Below are positions 24,108-36,283 of a DNA stretch of 64,000 nucleotides, in pieces. Under the pieces are notes generated by a model that saw only the letters and a program-made list of their open reading frames with translations, had not been told where the DNA came from and searched no databases. Numbering within the stretch: the stretch's first letter is position 1; the number at the start of each line of letters is the position of its first letter. Position numbers and translations under genes: made by a program. The DNA is taken from contig JBHGNT010000006.1 of NCBI GenBank assembly GCA_043228905.1, positions 16,554,001 to 16,618,000 of the forward strand. Reading direction: 5' to 3'. This stretch comes from Azolla caroliniana. Taxonomy: Eukaryota > Plantae > Polypodiophyta.

Positions 24108-24370
24108 ATACGTAATCAAGGTATATACCTCTACGCACACGAAACATCCACAAATAAGAGATCATCGTAATACGCAATTGAGGTATTGACCTCTTACGCA
24201 TACGAGACCAAACGCATATCCTTTACAACAAATCAAGGTATTAAACTCATACGCAAACATAACATATGTTCGTGAACGTAATACGTAATTGAGGTATTAA
24301 CCTCGTACGCATACGACACTCATCACATATTATTTATATGTCAAACGAGGTATTGACCTCCTGCACATAT
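24108..24370. repeat. Five spaced repeats with palindromic core GAGGT-N4-ACCTC in the chromovirus 5' leader
   Basis: Units start near 24108, 24170, 24229, 24281 and 24343. Confidence 0.75.
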
Positions 24371-25081
24371 GTAAACGTTTTAGATAATCAATTAAAGACC
24401 ACTACAACATCATTGACTTAATGAAAAAAAAAAGAGATATAAACTAAACACATGTTTAGATGGGAGAAGAGAGAATAGAAAAAAATAAATTACGGAAAGA
24501 GTTACCGAAGTTCTTTGTTGATCATTGTCTGGATCAAGGCCGACCGCACATCGATCGATCACCATCAATCAAAAGACAAAAGACAAACAAAGAAACATTA
24601 GTACATAGCTCTGATACCAAATAATAGAGATCTAGGTACTAAAGTAAGCTTAAGATAAGGATAAACTAATGATAGATAGAAAGGAGAAAGAGAAAGAAGG
24701 GTGTTGATCCACCCGACCACCCCCGAGCGAAGGGATTGAGACGGACTAGAGCCTCGATCGGCGTCCCATACCACCGCCATGGCGTCGAGTCGTACCTGGT
24801 GCTGGCGCGCTCGTTACAAGAGTTGATCCACCACAAGAGCAGAGTCTCGATGTAGTGAAAAGATGATCAAATGAGGGTAGCTAGGCCTCTTATTTATAGC
24901 GATACCCAAGGCCCCCAGGCAAGTTCACACTTGACCTAATGGGTTGTCTCAATCCCGAGGATTAAAAGTAATCCTCCCCTTCTTTACACTCTCATTTAAC
25001 CCTCACACTTATCCACGTGTATAGAATACTACAGTAAATTCTCACCACGGGATATTAAATGGTCATGCCCGTAACACTTAT

Positions 25082-28000
25082 CCTTAGTGCCATTAACATA
25101 CCAGAGTATCTAGTGTGTGCACTGAAGGTGCTCCAAAGTCGGCTTCTCAATGAATTGGCTAATCACTCTGACTGGATAACTGATGTCGGGTCGAGTGATA
25201 ATTAAGTAGATAAGACCTCCGATAATCTGTCGGAACCGTTTCTCGTTGTAGGCTAGGCAAGAGTAAGCACAAAGCTTCAGGTTCCGATCAAGGGGTGTGG
25301 AGATCGGTCGGCTATCCGTCATGCTGAACTTGTACAACATATTCAACACATAATGTTGCTATGAGAGTAATATGCCATCGGGGGTATGGATCACCTTAAT
25401 CCCTAGAAAATAATGTAGGTCCCCTAGGTCCTTCATTTCAAATGCATCCAACAACTGGGATTTCACTCGGCCGATTTCAGCGAGCCCGGGTCTGGTGATC
25501 ACTAGATCATCTACATATAACAAAATACATACCGGACCTTTCTGGATGAAGAACGACGACTCCGACTTCGAGGCTGCAAACCCCATCCTACGCAACCAGT
25601 GCGTGATCTTTGAATTCGAAGTAGGAGGGGCTTGCTTTAGGTTGTAAAGTCACTTCTTTAGTCGGCACACTACTGAGTTGTTCATCTCGGATTGAAAACT
25701 GGGAGGCTGGATCATGTAGACCATTCTTCACAACCATCTAGTGAAGATGCCAGCCCCTTGCCGCAACAACCACTAACACCACCCACACCATCGTCATCTT
25801 CACGACCAAAGCGAAGGTTTCGTCGTAGTCGATTCTCTGGGTCTGTGTATATCCCTTCGCCACTAATCGGGCCTTGTACCAGTTCACTGAACCGTTGGCG
25901 TTGTACTTCACCTTATATACCCACGGAAAACTTATCAGTTTGCAATGTCTAGGAGGGTCAACCAGGTCCCATGTGTCGTTGGCATCTAGCGCCCACATTT
26001 CTTCCTCCATTGCAGCACGCCAATTCGTGTCTTTCGCCGCTTCTACGTAGCTCTCTAGCTCACGTACTTCCGCCACTTTTGTCATGTACGCATATTGATG
26101 CGCCATGTACTCATTATATCCATACCTTTCGACGGGGTTAGTCTGGCGGGTCAATCAACATAACTTCGCGTTCGCCAATTGGAAGGCCCTCTTGGCCAAT
26201 TCAGACTTCATTCGCGAAGGTCCGTCTTCGTTCTTTCCGGAGTTGGAGTCACTCTGATTTGACTAGTCTATGCCGGTGTCGTACTCCGACATCTTCTTCT
26301 TCCCCTTTTCCTTGTGTGTGAACCGACCCCTCGGTTCCTTACACGGGGAGAACACAGCCGAGTCATCGATGCTCGCTTCCTCATCATATTGCTGGGCCTT
26401 CCGACTCAACACTTCATTCGGCCCACTCAACCGAAATGAGATCAGACTCTCACCTAGAGTACTAAAGTCTTCTTCTTCTTTTGTCCGGATCGTTTCGGGC
26501 TCACTGGCCTCATCCTCCAGAATCGGGTCAGAGTCAGACATCAGACCCGATAGAGAGTACCATGATGTTGGCTCATCAAATTCGACATCTCGGCTCACTC
26601 GAACTTGTTTTGTCTGGGGGTTATAGCAATTATACCCCTTCTTCTCATGAGAGTAGCTGACTAGTATGCATCTCTTTGACTTTGGGTCTAGCTTCCTTCG
26701 ATACATGCACATAGGCAATGCTACTGAATATCCTAAGGTGGCTCAAGTTCGGCATTTGCCCGAAATACAGCTTGTGTCCTAACACCTTATCCCCAATCCG
26801 GTTTTGGATGTAGACGGCCACTCAGACTGCCTTTCCCCAGTAAAACTTGGGCATGCTCTTCTCCTCCAGCATTGCCCTTGCCGCATCGACAATCGACCAA
26901 TTCTTTCTTTCGGCCACACTTTTTTGTTCCAATGTGTAACTGCGACTGAATTCTCTCCGAATTCCCATTTGTTGTAGATAACTATTCAATTGGCCGAAAA
27001 AATACTCTTTTCCACCATCAGATTGCAGTGCAGGCACTTGATCTTCCTCTCCATTTCCCGTTCGACTAGACTTTGCAGGTTCCGAAAGCAATCGAAGACT
27101 TGACTTTTCTTCTCGATGAGGTATATCCATGTGTGCCGGTTGTAGTGGTCGATGAAAGAGACGAAATATCGGCTCCTGCCAAGACTAACATTCTGTGTCG
27201 GTCCCCATACATCTGAATGTATTAGATCGAGCTTATTATGGCTCCGGTTTCTTTTTGTAGGGAATGGAAGCTGATGTTGCTTCCCAAGTTGGCAGGCTTC
27301 ACAAATTTGGGCCTTCCGGCCACTAAATTTTGGAAATTCGAAAATAACTTGTTTTGATTGTAGGTCCTAAAGCCTTCCGTAGTTGACGTGGCTAAATCGC
27401 TTATGCCACAGGTCGATATCCGATTCAACTTTTGTCTTTTTGCGAACATAGTGGTGCCTATGTCATTGGTGTCGAGGATAAACATCCTCCCGTCCCGGTG
27501 CCCTTGCACAATTATCCGGCCCTCTTCCTCAATGAAGCACCCGAGGTGTGTAAACCGCGCCTGCATCCCCTAGTCGACGATCTGCCCGACTGACACCAGG
27601 TTCTTTCGAATTGTTGGAACATGTACTACGTTCATAAGCTTTCCTTTTGTGCGACATGGCTTAAAGGGACTTCTCCGACATGCACAATTGGGTGGGGAGT
27701 GTCATCTCCAGTTTTGACAACTCCTGCTTGCTACGACTTTTCTAGAAATGAGAACCACTTTTCGTGGCTTGTCATGTGGTTAGACGCTCCGGAGTAAACT
27801 TACAACACTTCCTTCGATTTGGAAGTCATCTTCTTCATCGAGTTCGCCTTGTGTTTCATTACAAAGGTTGGCCCTTTTTTGGTCTTCCCGGTTATGGATC
27901 CTTCTAATCCTTCAGCGTAGTACGAGCTTTGTCGGTACCCTTGTCTGGTCTTGTCGGATCTTGATTTATCTGAATTGGCGTGCTTCTTCCAGCACTCGCT

Positions 28001-28789
28001 TTCCTGGTGGCCTTCTTTGTCATAGTACCAGCATTCTGTGTCGGTCCTAGCCGGTTTCCAAAGCCGCTTTGAGTCTGCCTACTTGTGGAGGGTCCAGAAC
28101 TGTTGTCGGCACTATCTCTGTGCCTTCAATTCTACTCTTGTCGGCCGCCTGCATTGTGTACCGATCCAGCTCGTCCTCCACGCCCACGAGGCTTCTCCGC
28201 TTCCATCTACAACATTCAGTTATTCGATTGAGTGGTGTTTGACCCACTCACGTGGTTTTCTTCGACCATGAGCATCGATTGCAGGTCGAAGAAGGACGGT
28301 GATTTCTCCTAGGTCAGGATAGCGGTTTGGATAGGCCCGTACCTTTGACACAGACCACTGAGGCAGATGTGCACCATTTCATCCTCCCCTATTGTGACGT
28401 CAATGGGCCCTAATGTGTCGCAACGTCTTGTCTGAAACTGACATATCCTTTTGTCGAATATTGTTTAGTTCTTGCCGAAGATGTAGCTTGTGGGGTGAGG
28501 TACTTGCGGCGAAAATCTTTTTCAAATTTTCCAAGGCCTGTTTCAGTGTCTTAGCATCTCTAATGTTACCACTCACCTAGTCATGCACAGAGGATGCAAG
28601 GTAGCATAGAACTCTGCTTGCTCCTTGTTCCCATGCCGGGAACTCCTTATGTGATGACTTCGACGCTATTTCATTCACATCCTCAACATAACTCAAGTAT
28701 CCATGTCCGAGCAAATATTGGTGCATCTTGTATGACCAAGATGCATAGTTGTGTCTGTCAAGATTCTTTGTCAGAAGCGAGCTTGCCAT
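25082..28789 (-). pseudogene. Copia family C gag, protease, integrase and RT fragments
   Basis: [45 protein letters not shown]...[23 protein letters not shown]. Confidence 0.9.
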
Positions 28790-28887
28790 ACCTTTGTCTA
28801 TCTTTCACTTTTAACCAGGTGTTAGGGTTTATCTTCAGTAATCGCTCGTCGACAGCGGAGGTTATGAACCCTCGCGCTCTAATACCA

Positions 28888-29314
28888 TGTAAAAGTTAAC
28901 ACGTGGAAGCTTTGACAAACCGCTTTATCTGGATAGCAACATAAGACATAGAATCAAGGTTTAATGGAAGCTAAAGAACAAAGAATATACATGAGAGACA
29001 GAGAGAGCAGAAAGCATAAACTCAATTCAAAATAATAACACTTTGTACATAGGATGTGCTCAATGAGCACTCTTTATACAAGTCCACAAGGGACTGACAG
29101 AAGTACTATGTACTTCAATGTTCATACGAGCGGCTAACACTAACTACGAGGAGCATGACTACCTAGTAGTCTAGAAACGTAGACCTCTAACAGCCTACCA
29201 GTACACACTTGGGTTCGGATCTCCAAACGTATACTATTCGGACACCGATCCGGATACGATCCGTCTCTAGATTATCCAGCTCATCTGGATCCGGTTGAGC
29301 TTGCTCGCTCAACA
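28888..29314 (-). repeat. 5' LTR of copia family C
   Basis: TG...CA termini, PBS at 28876-28887, TSD ctttc after 29314. Confidence 0.9.
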
Positions 29315-29771
29315 CTTTCTGGCTCATGTGACACAACCTCCTGTGCCACTGCTTACTAGTAGTGTTAGACGTTATGTTTGCTTTCTCCCGGTATATCTGG
29401 GCATTCATCAGGTACAATGTGTTGATCTTCCGGGCTCGGGCCACGATCAAGCTTCCTCTGCAAAACTTCATTGTGTCATTTTGGATGCTACCGGTTTAGC
29501 CTACATCATCCAGGCAATTGGCTGATATCAGGTTCAGTTGAACCTCCAGAACATGGCACACTTCTCTTAACAGTAGTTTGCACCCAGTTGATGTAGTCAA
29601 ACACACATTTCCTATGCCGAGAATTCGGCATGCTCCTTCATTCACTATCCTTTCAAAGCCATAATCTCTGGCTCTATCGGGGGTCAGATGAAATGACGCT
29701 CTGAAGTCAACCACCCATGTTGATTCATCGCTGAGAAGGTGCTGCTCACTCTCCTCGGTGATTAGTAGCGG
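29315..29771 (-). pseudogene. Old Tork-like protease and pre-integrase segment
   Basis: VDFRASFHLTP, LNLISA, WHRRLCHMSQK. Confidence 0.85.
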
Positions 29772-29837
29772 TGTTGTGAAGAATGTGCTTCACGATATAA
29801 GAATGAGCTAAAATGTTGTATTTAATAATATTTGAGA

Positions 29838-30367
29838 GACTTGAACCCACACCCTTATATACGCAGTACAATGTACATACCGCTAGGCTAGGCTATTTAT
29901 TTGTAAAAGTGTGTAATAAATGTGCTTCATGATATAAGAATGAAGCTATATATTGTATTAAGTAAAATTGAGAGAGTAAAATTGAGAGACTTGAACTCTC
30001 AACCTTGTATGCCAAACACAAAGTATACACCACTAAGCTAGGTTAGTTATTTTAGAATGCATTTTCATCATTATACTTATCCCATATCTATTTTCATACA
30101 TGGGAGCTCAAGTGACCATGATGGCTACCATGCATCACGTGCAATACATGTGCGCCAAATGGCGATCATGCATTACATGTAACTCATGCATTGCATGCAT
30201 GCCATGCTCCCATACATTACCATATGCATGATAACACTTATAAAAAGAGGGGCAAGGAAAACAAAGGGAATCAAGGGAGAGAGGAAAAATAATACAATCA
30301 AGTAAAGAAGACTAGCTCATTGGGTGGAGAACCTCTCATTTCGAAGTTGAGGTCGTGAGTTCAAATC
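29838..30367. promoter_or_regulatory. Three tRNA-like A-box/B-box modules in the LTR (two antisense: 29838-29890, 29988-30040; one sense: 30313-30367), repeated in the 3' LTR
   Basis: TAGCCTAGCGGT..GGTTCAAGTC, TAGCTTAGTGGT..GAGTTCAAGTC and TAGCTCATTGG..G(A/G)GTTCAAATC, each with tRNA-like spacing of about 42-44 nt. Confidence 0.6.
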
Positions 30368-30764
30368 AAGGGTCGGTAGAGAATGTGTTCAGTTTGCGAT
30401 CAAGGATTGTAAAGTTGGTAAAATATTGTCTTTCTAATATACATCATGTTTATATCAAATACTCTTGCTTCTTGATTCATACTTTGTCTCAATCTTCCTT
30501 ATTAAATCATATTTTGTCTCTATCTTGCTTCTTGAATCATATATTGTCTCTATCTTCTATCTGTTCTCATCTCTCACACACACACACATTACTCGTAACT
30601 CTTCTTCTTGCTACTCTTAACCTTTCTAACATCACCATACAAGCCTTATTAAAATTTAAGTTCCTTCAACTCCCCTTAACCTTCGTCCCTGCGACTTCGC
30701 CGCACGAACCACAACTACCCCGACACATTTGGTGAACCCGACGTGAAGGCGGCAACGAGGAGAA

Positions 30765-32846
30765 ATGGAGCAAATGAGGCTTATGTGTATGATGATGGAA
30801 CGAGTGATGCGGGAACAAGGGATGATGGCAAGCATCAACAAAGCCGTCGACAATATTCTCGCACGAGTAGGAATCTTCGAAGGTATAAATTTAACAAGAT
30901 TTCTGAAGATTTATAATAAAGAAATGCTTAAACACGGTGTCGACGAAGCTACAAAAATTAATAGCTTTAGTCGAGTCGCTGCGATTGGGCTAGAAGAGAG
31001 GATCCAAGAACTCCAAAGGGAGAATCAGACATGGACAACGTTCGAAAGGGCATTACTCAATGAATACGATAGACAAGGCGAGCTTTCATGGATTGGGTAG
31101 AGTCTAATAAACATTTAAGTGTTTTGGAAGTATATAAAGAGTTTTCTGAAAGATTTGAGCAACTAAATGTTAGAGATAGAAATATAATAGTGCCACATAA
31201 AGTAATATTGTTTCTACAAACTACTAATATTAAAGACAGGAAGGACTTGGGAATGCTTTTAGAAGATCATAATAGTCCAAGTGGACTTACCGAAGATTGG
31301 GAGGAGGTGAAAAGGGCGTGCGCCCATTTCTGCAAAAGAAAGTTATGGTTTATGGAGTTGCCCGACAGAAATGATGAAGAAATAGGGAACGAGTCAGGAG
31401 AAAAGAAAGTAGAAGAATCACTCTTACACGAATTGGTGAAAGGTGTGAAAGACTTGTCGATCAAAGTGACGAAGCTAGAATCGGGACAAAGCTCGACTTC
31501 ATCAAGGCAAGGAGGTGGAATGGTCTGAAGGTGTATGTGGTGTGATGGTATCGACCACCAGAAGAAAGATTGTCAAGAGCATAGGGATGCTCTTAATCAT
31601 AATAAAATCTACTATCAAGATGGCAAGATTCACTCAACAGAGACTCGACAACCACTTCAACTCAACTTCGGGCGAGGAGGAATGAAAAAGCTAATGGAAG
31701 ATGTTGAGAGAGAAACGACTCAAGCGATACAATCCGTGGCAACCTTAGGATTGCGCGTAGAAGACTCATATGGTGGATCTGGCTTTTGGCAAGATGTGAT
31801 GGATTATGCAAGAAAAGGGAAGGTTCGAGTGGATGAATTAAAAAGAGCGGGAGATGAAATACGAAACTTCACTGGATGGAATGATCCAGTAGACGTGCTA
31901 TCAGCATTCGCCCAAGTGAATGCACAAGATGTGCTAGTGGAAGAGAGCTGAGGAAGCTGATCCGACAAAGAGACATGAGACACGAGAACAAAAGAGAAGG
32001 GAGATGGAAAAGGGTGCTACTGAGCCGAAGGAAGCTGATAAAGTAAAAGGAAAGACAGGCCCATCTTTCAAGCTTGCCTCGGACATAGAAACAACGACGG
32101 ATATAAAAAAGGTACTAGAAACAAGAATATTAAATAGTAAGGTAGAATTTACTTTAAGAGAAGTGTTGGGTATAGCAAAGAAAGAATTTCATGAAGTTAT
32201 CATAGATATTATTAGAAGGAAGAGACAGGTGACGGAGGAAATTACGGGAGGGTGTGCAACAACACTCCAAGATTTGTATGGTGGCACCATCAATGGTGCA
32301 AGTGTTAAAAACTAGAATGATGTTGGCATTCATGAAGGGGATAGGAGTCACTATACAAAGGACCATTGGGCTCGAGCAACAACGAAGGCACTTGCAAAAA
32401 TTGGGGAGCAACAAATTCCATGTATTGCTTTGATCGATCATGGATCCGAGATTAACATGATGTCATCGGAATTTTACGCTCAAGGACAGTGGCCGATCAA
32501 CAAGAATCATGGGTGGAAAATAAGAGCTGCCACAGAAACTACGGAGGATCTATTCGGAGCATGTCCTAGTGTGAAGGTAACAATTGGTGATATCTCGGTG
32601 AATCAAAATTTCTTTGTGCAGGATCGATCGACCTACCCCGTCATCCTTGGTCAGCCCTACATCACCGTAGTGAGGATGGAAACAAAGGTTATTGATGATG
32701 GTTCGGCTTTCGCGAGAATCAAGAGTCAAGATGGAAGAAAGAATGTCCAATTCTTAACTGTGAGGCCCAACCATGAAAGAAACAAAGAATGCTTGAGGGA
32801 ACATCTAATTCAAGAGATGGATGAAGAGTTTTCCCAGGATTTTTAG
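30765..32846 (+). pseudogene. Gag-protease ORF of the Trp-primed gypsy, fragmented
   Basis: CMWCDGIDHQKKDC knuckle and protease IDHGSEIN...PVILGQPY. Homologous to 62890-63999. Confidence 0.85.
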
Positions 32847-33049
32847 ATAGGGCTTTTACAGGTAGGGGTTGTGATAGCCCGAACATAAAAGAAAACCCCA
32901 TAAATAATAATGTAAATAAAGATATTCCTTGTACAATCTCATCTAATGGTGCTACTTTTATACTAAAAGTAAATAATAATAAAATACAAACTGCTTTCGA
33001 GTACTTTAAGTGTTTTGGATTAATAGAGGATGATGAAGAAATTCAGGAT

Positions 33050-36000
33050 ATGTTTGAAGAATTAAGTTTTGAAGATACAATAACTCATTTGGAAGCAATT
33101 GAAGAAGACAATGAAATCCAAGTTCTTGTCCATTCAATCAAGATGTACGAGGTCATTGAAGAAGTTGCTCAAAAGGATGATGAAGCACATGTACTAACAA
33201 AATACAAGACAGTGGAGAAGAAGGTTCGTCCTATTGCTGCTTCACTTCCAGGGGATAGTGAAAAGGCAATCAAAGAAGCAGCCACAAAGCCAATGATCAG
33301 AGACCCACGAAAGGTAGGAAATGTGTTTACTCCGGAAACAATACAAGGGATGAAAATAGGAGGGGGTGACTTCCTATTACCCGCTGAAGAAAAGCAGTTC
33401 AGGGAGATGTTAAAAAGGCATGGAAAGGCATTTGCATTCCAACCAGAGGAAATAGGGTGTGTGGATCTAGAAATTGTGGAGCCCATGGTTATATTCACTA
33501 TCCCTCATATTCCATGGAACTTTAAGCCAATACCCATGCCTAGGGCTAGAATCACTCAACTATTAGAACTTTTGAAAGACAAGATAAGGATGGGTATCTT
33601 GGAACCATCGAACGCTCCTTACTCGAGTCGATGGTTCACTGTGTTAAAGAAAGATGGGCGACTCCGATTTATCCAAGATATGCAACCCGTGAATAAGGTA
33701 ACAATCCGAAACTCGGGAGTAGGGCCAATTGTGGATGAGTTTGCTGAGATGTTTGCAGGAAGAGCTATATATTCAATGGGAGACCTTTATTCCGGGTATG
33801 ATCAATTTCAACTTGCTATCAAAAGTCGAGATATAACTTCTATCAAGACACCTATAGGGTTAGTACGGATGTGCACCTTGCCGCAAGGAGCGACCAACTC
33901 AATGGCGCATATGATGAATGGAATGAACAAGGTACTTCGTGATTTTATTCCTCATATTACAATGCCTTTTCTAGATGATGTTCCAATTAAGGGATGCAAG
34001 GAGGAAGAGAAGAACGAGGAATTGGACGAAAGTGGTTGCCGTCAATTTGTTGCTGATCATATCAAGGATTGTGAGAAGGTGCTATCATGGATGGAAGAAG
34101 TGCATTTGACCTTATCAGGTGTGAAGTCAATATTTGGGGCAAAAGAGATATTAATAGTTGGTCATATGTGTGGCCCATACGGGAGAAAGCCATCCCCAAC
34201 CAAGGTCAATGCAATTCAAAATATGCAAGAGGAATGTACATCCGTCTCAGAAGTACGAAGGTTTCTAGGGGTATGTGTTTTTTACTGTAAATGGATTCCG
34301 CATTATGCCCATTTATCTGAACCTTTATATAGAATCCTAAGAAAAGGAGAGATATTTGAATGGAGTGAAGAGCATTCAGAGGCAATGAAGAAATTGAAGT
34401 ACTACTTAGCACAAGCTCCACCATTAAAGCAACCTGACTACACCCGACCCATATATCTCACAGTAGACTCTAGTCCCATTGGAATTGGATGGGTGATAAG
34501 CCAACAAGATGGGGAAGAAAGGTATCTAGTCCGATTCGGAGCAAAGGTTCTTAGTGGTCGACAAAGAAAATATGCACAGGTGAAACGAGAGCTATGGGGG
34601 ATAGTAACAGCAGTAAAGACAGACAGAGATTACTTAATTGGTGCTGAAGTAATAATAGAAACAGATTGTTTGCCTATTCTTGGTATCATAGCTAATTGTG
34701 ATATTCCAGATCAAGCCATGTTAAGATGGTGTATCTATATTAGATCAGTCAACCCTGAAGTTCGACATATCTCTGGTAATAGAAATGCAGTAGCAGATAT
34801 GTTATCAAGAGCAAGGTATGAGGAAGAGGAGATTCCAGACTCAGACGATGAGGACAAAGAACAAACAGTCCTTACCACAAGCATTACCCGGGAAGGAGGA
34901 ATGCAGTTTCTAGAAGAGGAGTATGAAGAAGAATTCAAGGAAATAGGGAAATACCTACAAATCCCTGACAAGTACAAAGGTCGATCTGGAAAAGAGTTCG
35001 CACAGTTTCGCAAGAAAGCCCATAAGTTCTTCTTGCATGAAGGATATCTATGGCGACATCCGAAAACCAAGACTGGAAACCCGCAAAGAGTAATAGGTTT
35101 CGAAGGGCAAAGAAAGGAGATAATCAGAGAGCTACATGACAAAGAATGGGCTGGTCATCAAGGAGTGTGGGCCACTTTCAGTAAGATTAAAGAACGATTT
35201 TGGTGGCCTCGATACTATGAGCAAATAAAAAAGTATGTGGAAACTTGTCCCACTTGTCAATATTATTCAAACGTAAAATTTTGTGATTAATTACACCCAA
35301 CATACTCACCGGGGGTGCATTACAAGTGGATGATAGATTTGGTAACAATGCCACTTGGAGTAGGACAAAAGAGATACTTGGTTCTTGCTAGAGAAGATCT
35401 AACAAATCAAGTGGAAGGTCATTCATTGCGAACAAAAGGGACATTAGGAGTATGTCAATTCATCTTGGAGGACATTGTTTGTATATATGGATGTATCGGG
35501 AAGATAGTGGCAGATAGGGGAAAACTCAATTCTGCGGAAGCTCAAGATTTTTTCGACAAAATAGGAATTTGGCTTTCTTTGACAACGGCATACAATCCAA
35601 AAGCTAATGGAAAGGTAGAAAGGGGACATGGGCCAATAGTCAAAGCTTTGGCAAAGGCATGTAGAGGACGGGTTAGTGATTGGCCAAAAACCTTACCCTA
35701 TGCACTATGGGCTGATAGGACAACTCACAACACTGTTACTAAATGTATGCCTGCAGAATTAATCACAGGACAGAAGCCAATAATGCCAATTGAAGAAAAG
35801 ATAACTACATGGGCTGTGTTGCCTTGGGAATCGGAAATGAGTAGGGAAGATTTACTTGCGGTTCGAATACGACAACTTCAATCAAGGACAGAAGACATAG
35901 AAAAAGCAGCTACTAGATTGAAAGAGGCAAGAATCAAGAATAAGGACAGATTTGACAAGATGAAAAGAATACGACCAAGAAAGGTGCAAGAGGGAGATTG

Positions 36001-36283
36001 GGTATTAGTATATGATAGTAGCATAGATAATCAATACAATACTATTCGGAAGTTTGCAAAAAGATGGTTTGGACCTTATGCAGTTAGGAAAATAACAGAT
36101 AAAGCCACATATTTCCTCAATGAATTAGATGGGACAGAAATTTGTATCCCAATTGCAGGAAAAAGGATTAAAATATTTAAAAGGAGGGAGTCATTAGAGC
36201 CCGAATTTTATGAAGAAGTAGAAGAACTAAAAGAATCAGAAGAAGTGTTGGATGAACTCTGCACAACCAATGTGCAAGTTTAG
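33050..36283 (+). pseudogene. RT-RNase H-integrase (33050-35290 and 35315-36283, one internal stop)
   Basis: DLYSGYDQF, PQGATNS, FLDD, VDSSPIGIG, ETDC, HDKEWAGH...CPTC, ADRG, NGKVERGH, WFGPY. Confidence 0.93.

Larger units (their letters stand above)
18078..25076 (-). mobile_element. Ty3/gypsy chromovirus (Tcn1-like), full length, degenerate
   Basis: TSD cttat (18073-18077, 25077-25081), 455-bp LTRs 18078-18532 and 24622-25076, iMet PBS 24608-24619, PPT 18533-18544, and a chromodomain. Confidence 0.93.
1236..29314 (-). mobile_element. Degenerate Ty1/copia family C element (related to family A) with two nested gypsy insertions
   Basis: TSD ctttc at 1231-1235 and 29315-29319. 5' LTR 28888-29314, PBS TGGTATTAGAGC 28876-28887, 3' LTR 1236-1611 (duplicated at 16708-17083), PPT 1612-1622 and 17084-17094. 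Gag-PR-INT-RT-RH fragments occur in copia order. Confidence 0.9.

Noticed and set aside
24108-24370. CRISPR array
   Set aside because: The repeats are too degenerate, there are no cas genes and the array lies inside a eukaryotic retrotransposon leader. Kept only as a repeat finding.
29838-30367. Functional tRNA genes
   Set aside because: A and B boxes are present, but no convincing acceptor or anticodon stems are seen and the modules are parts of LTRs.
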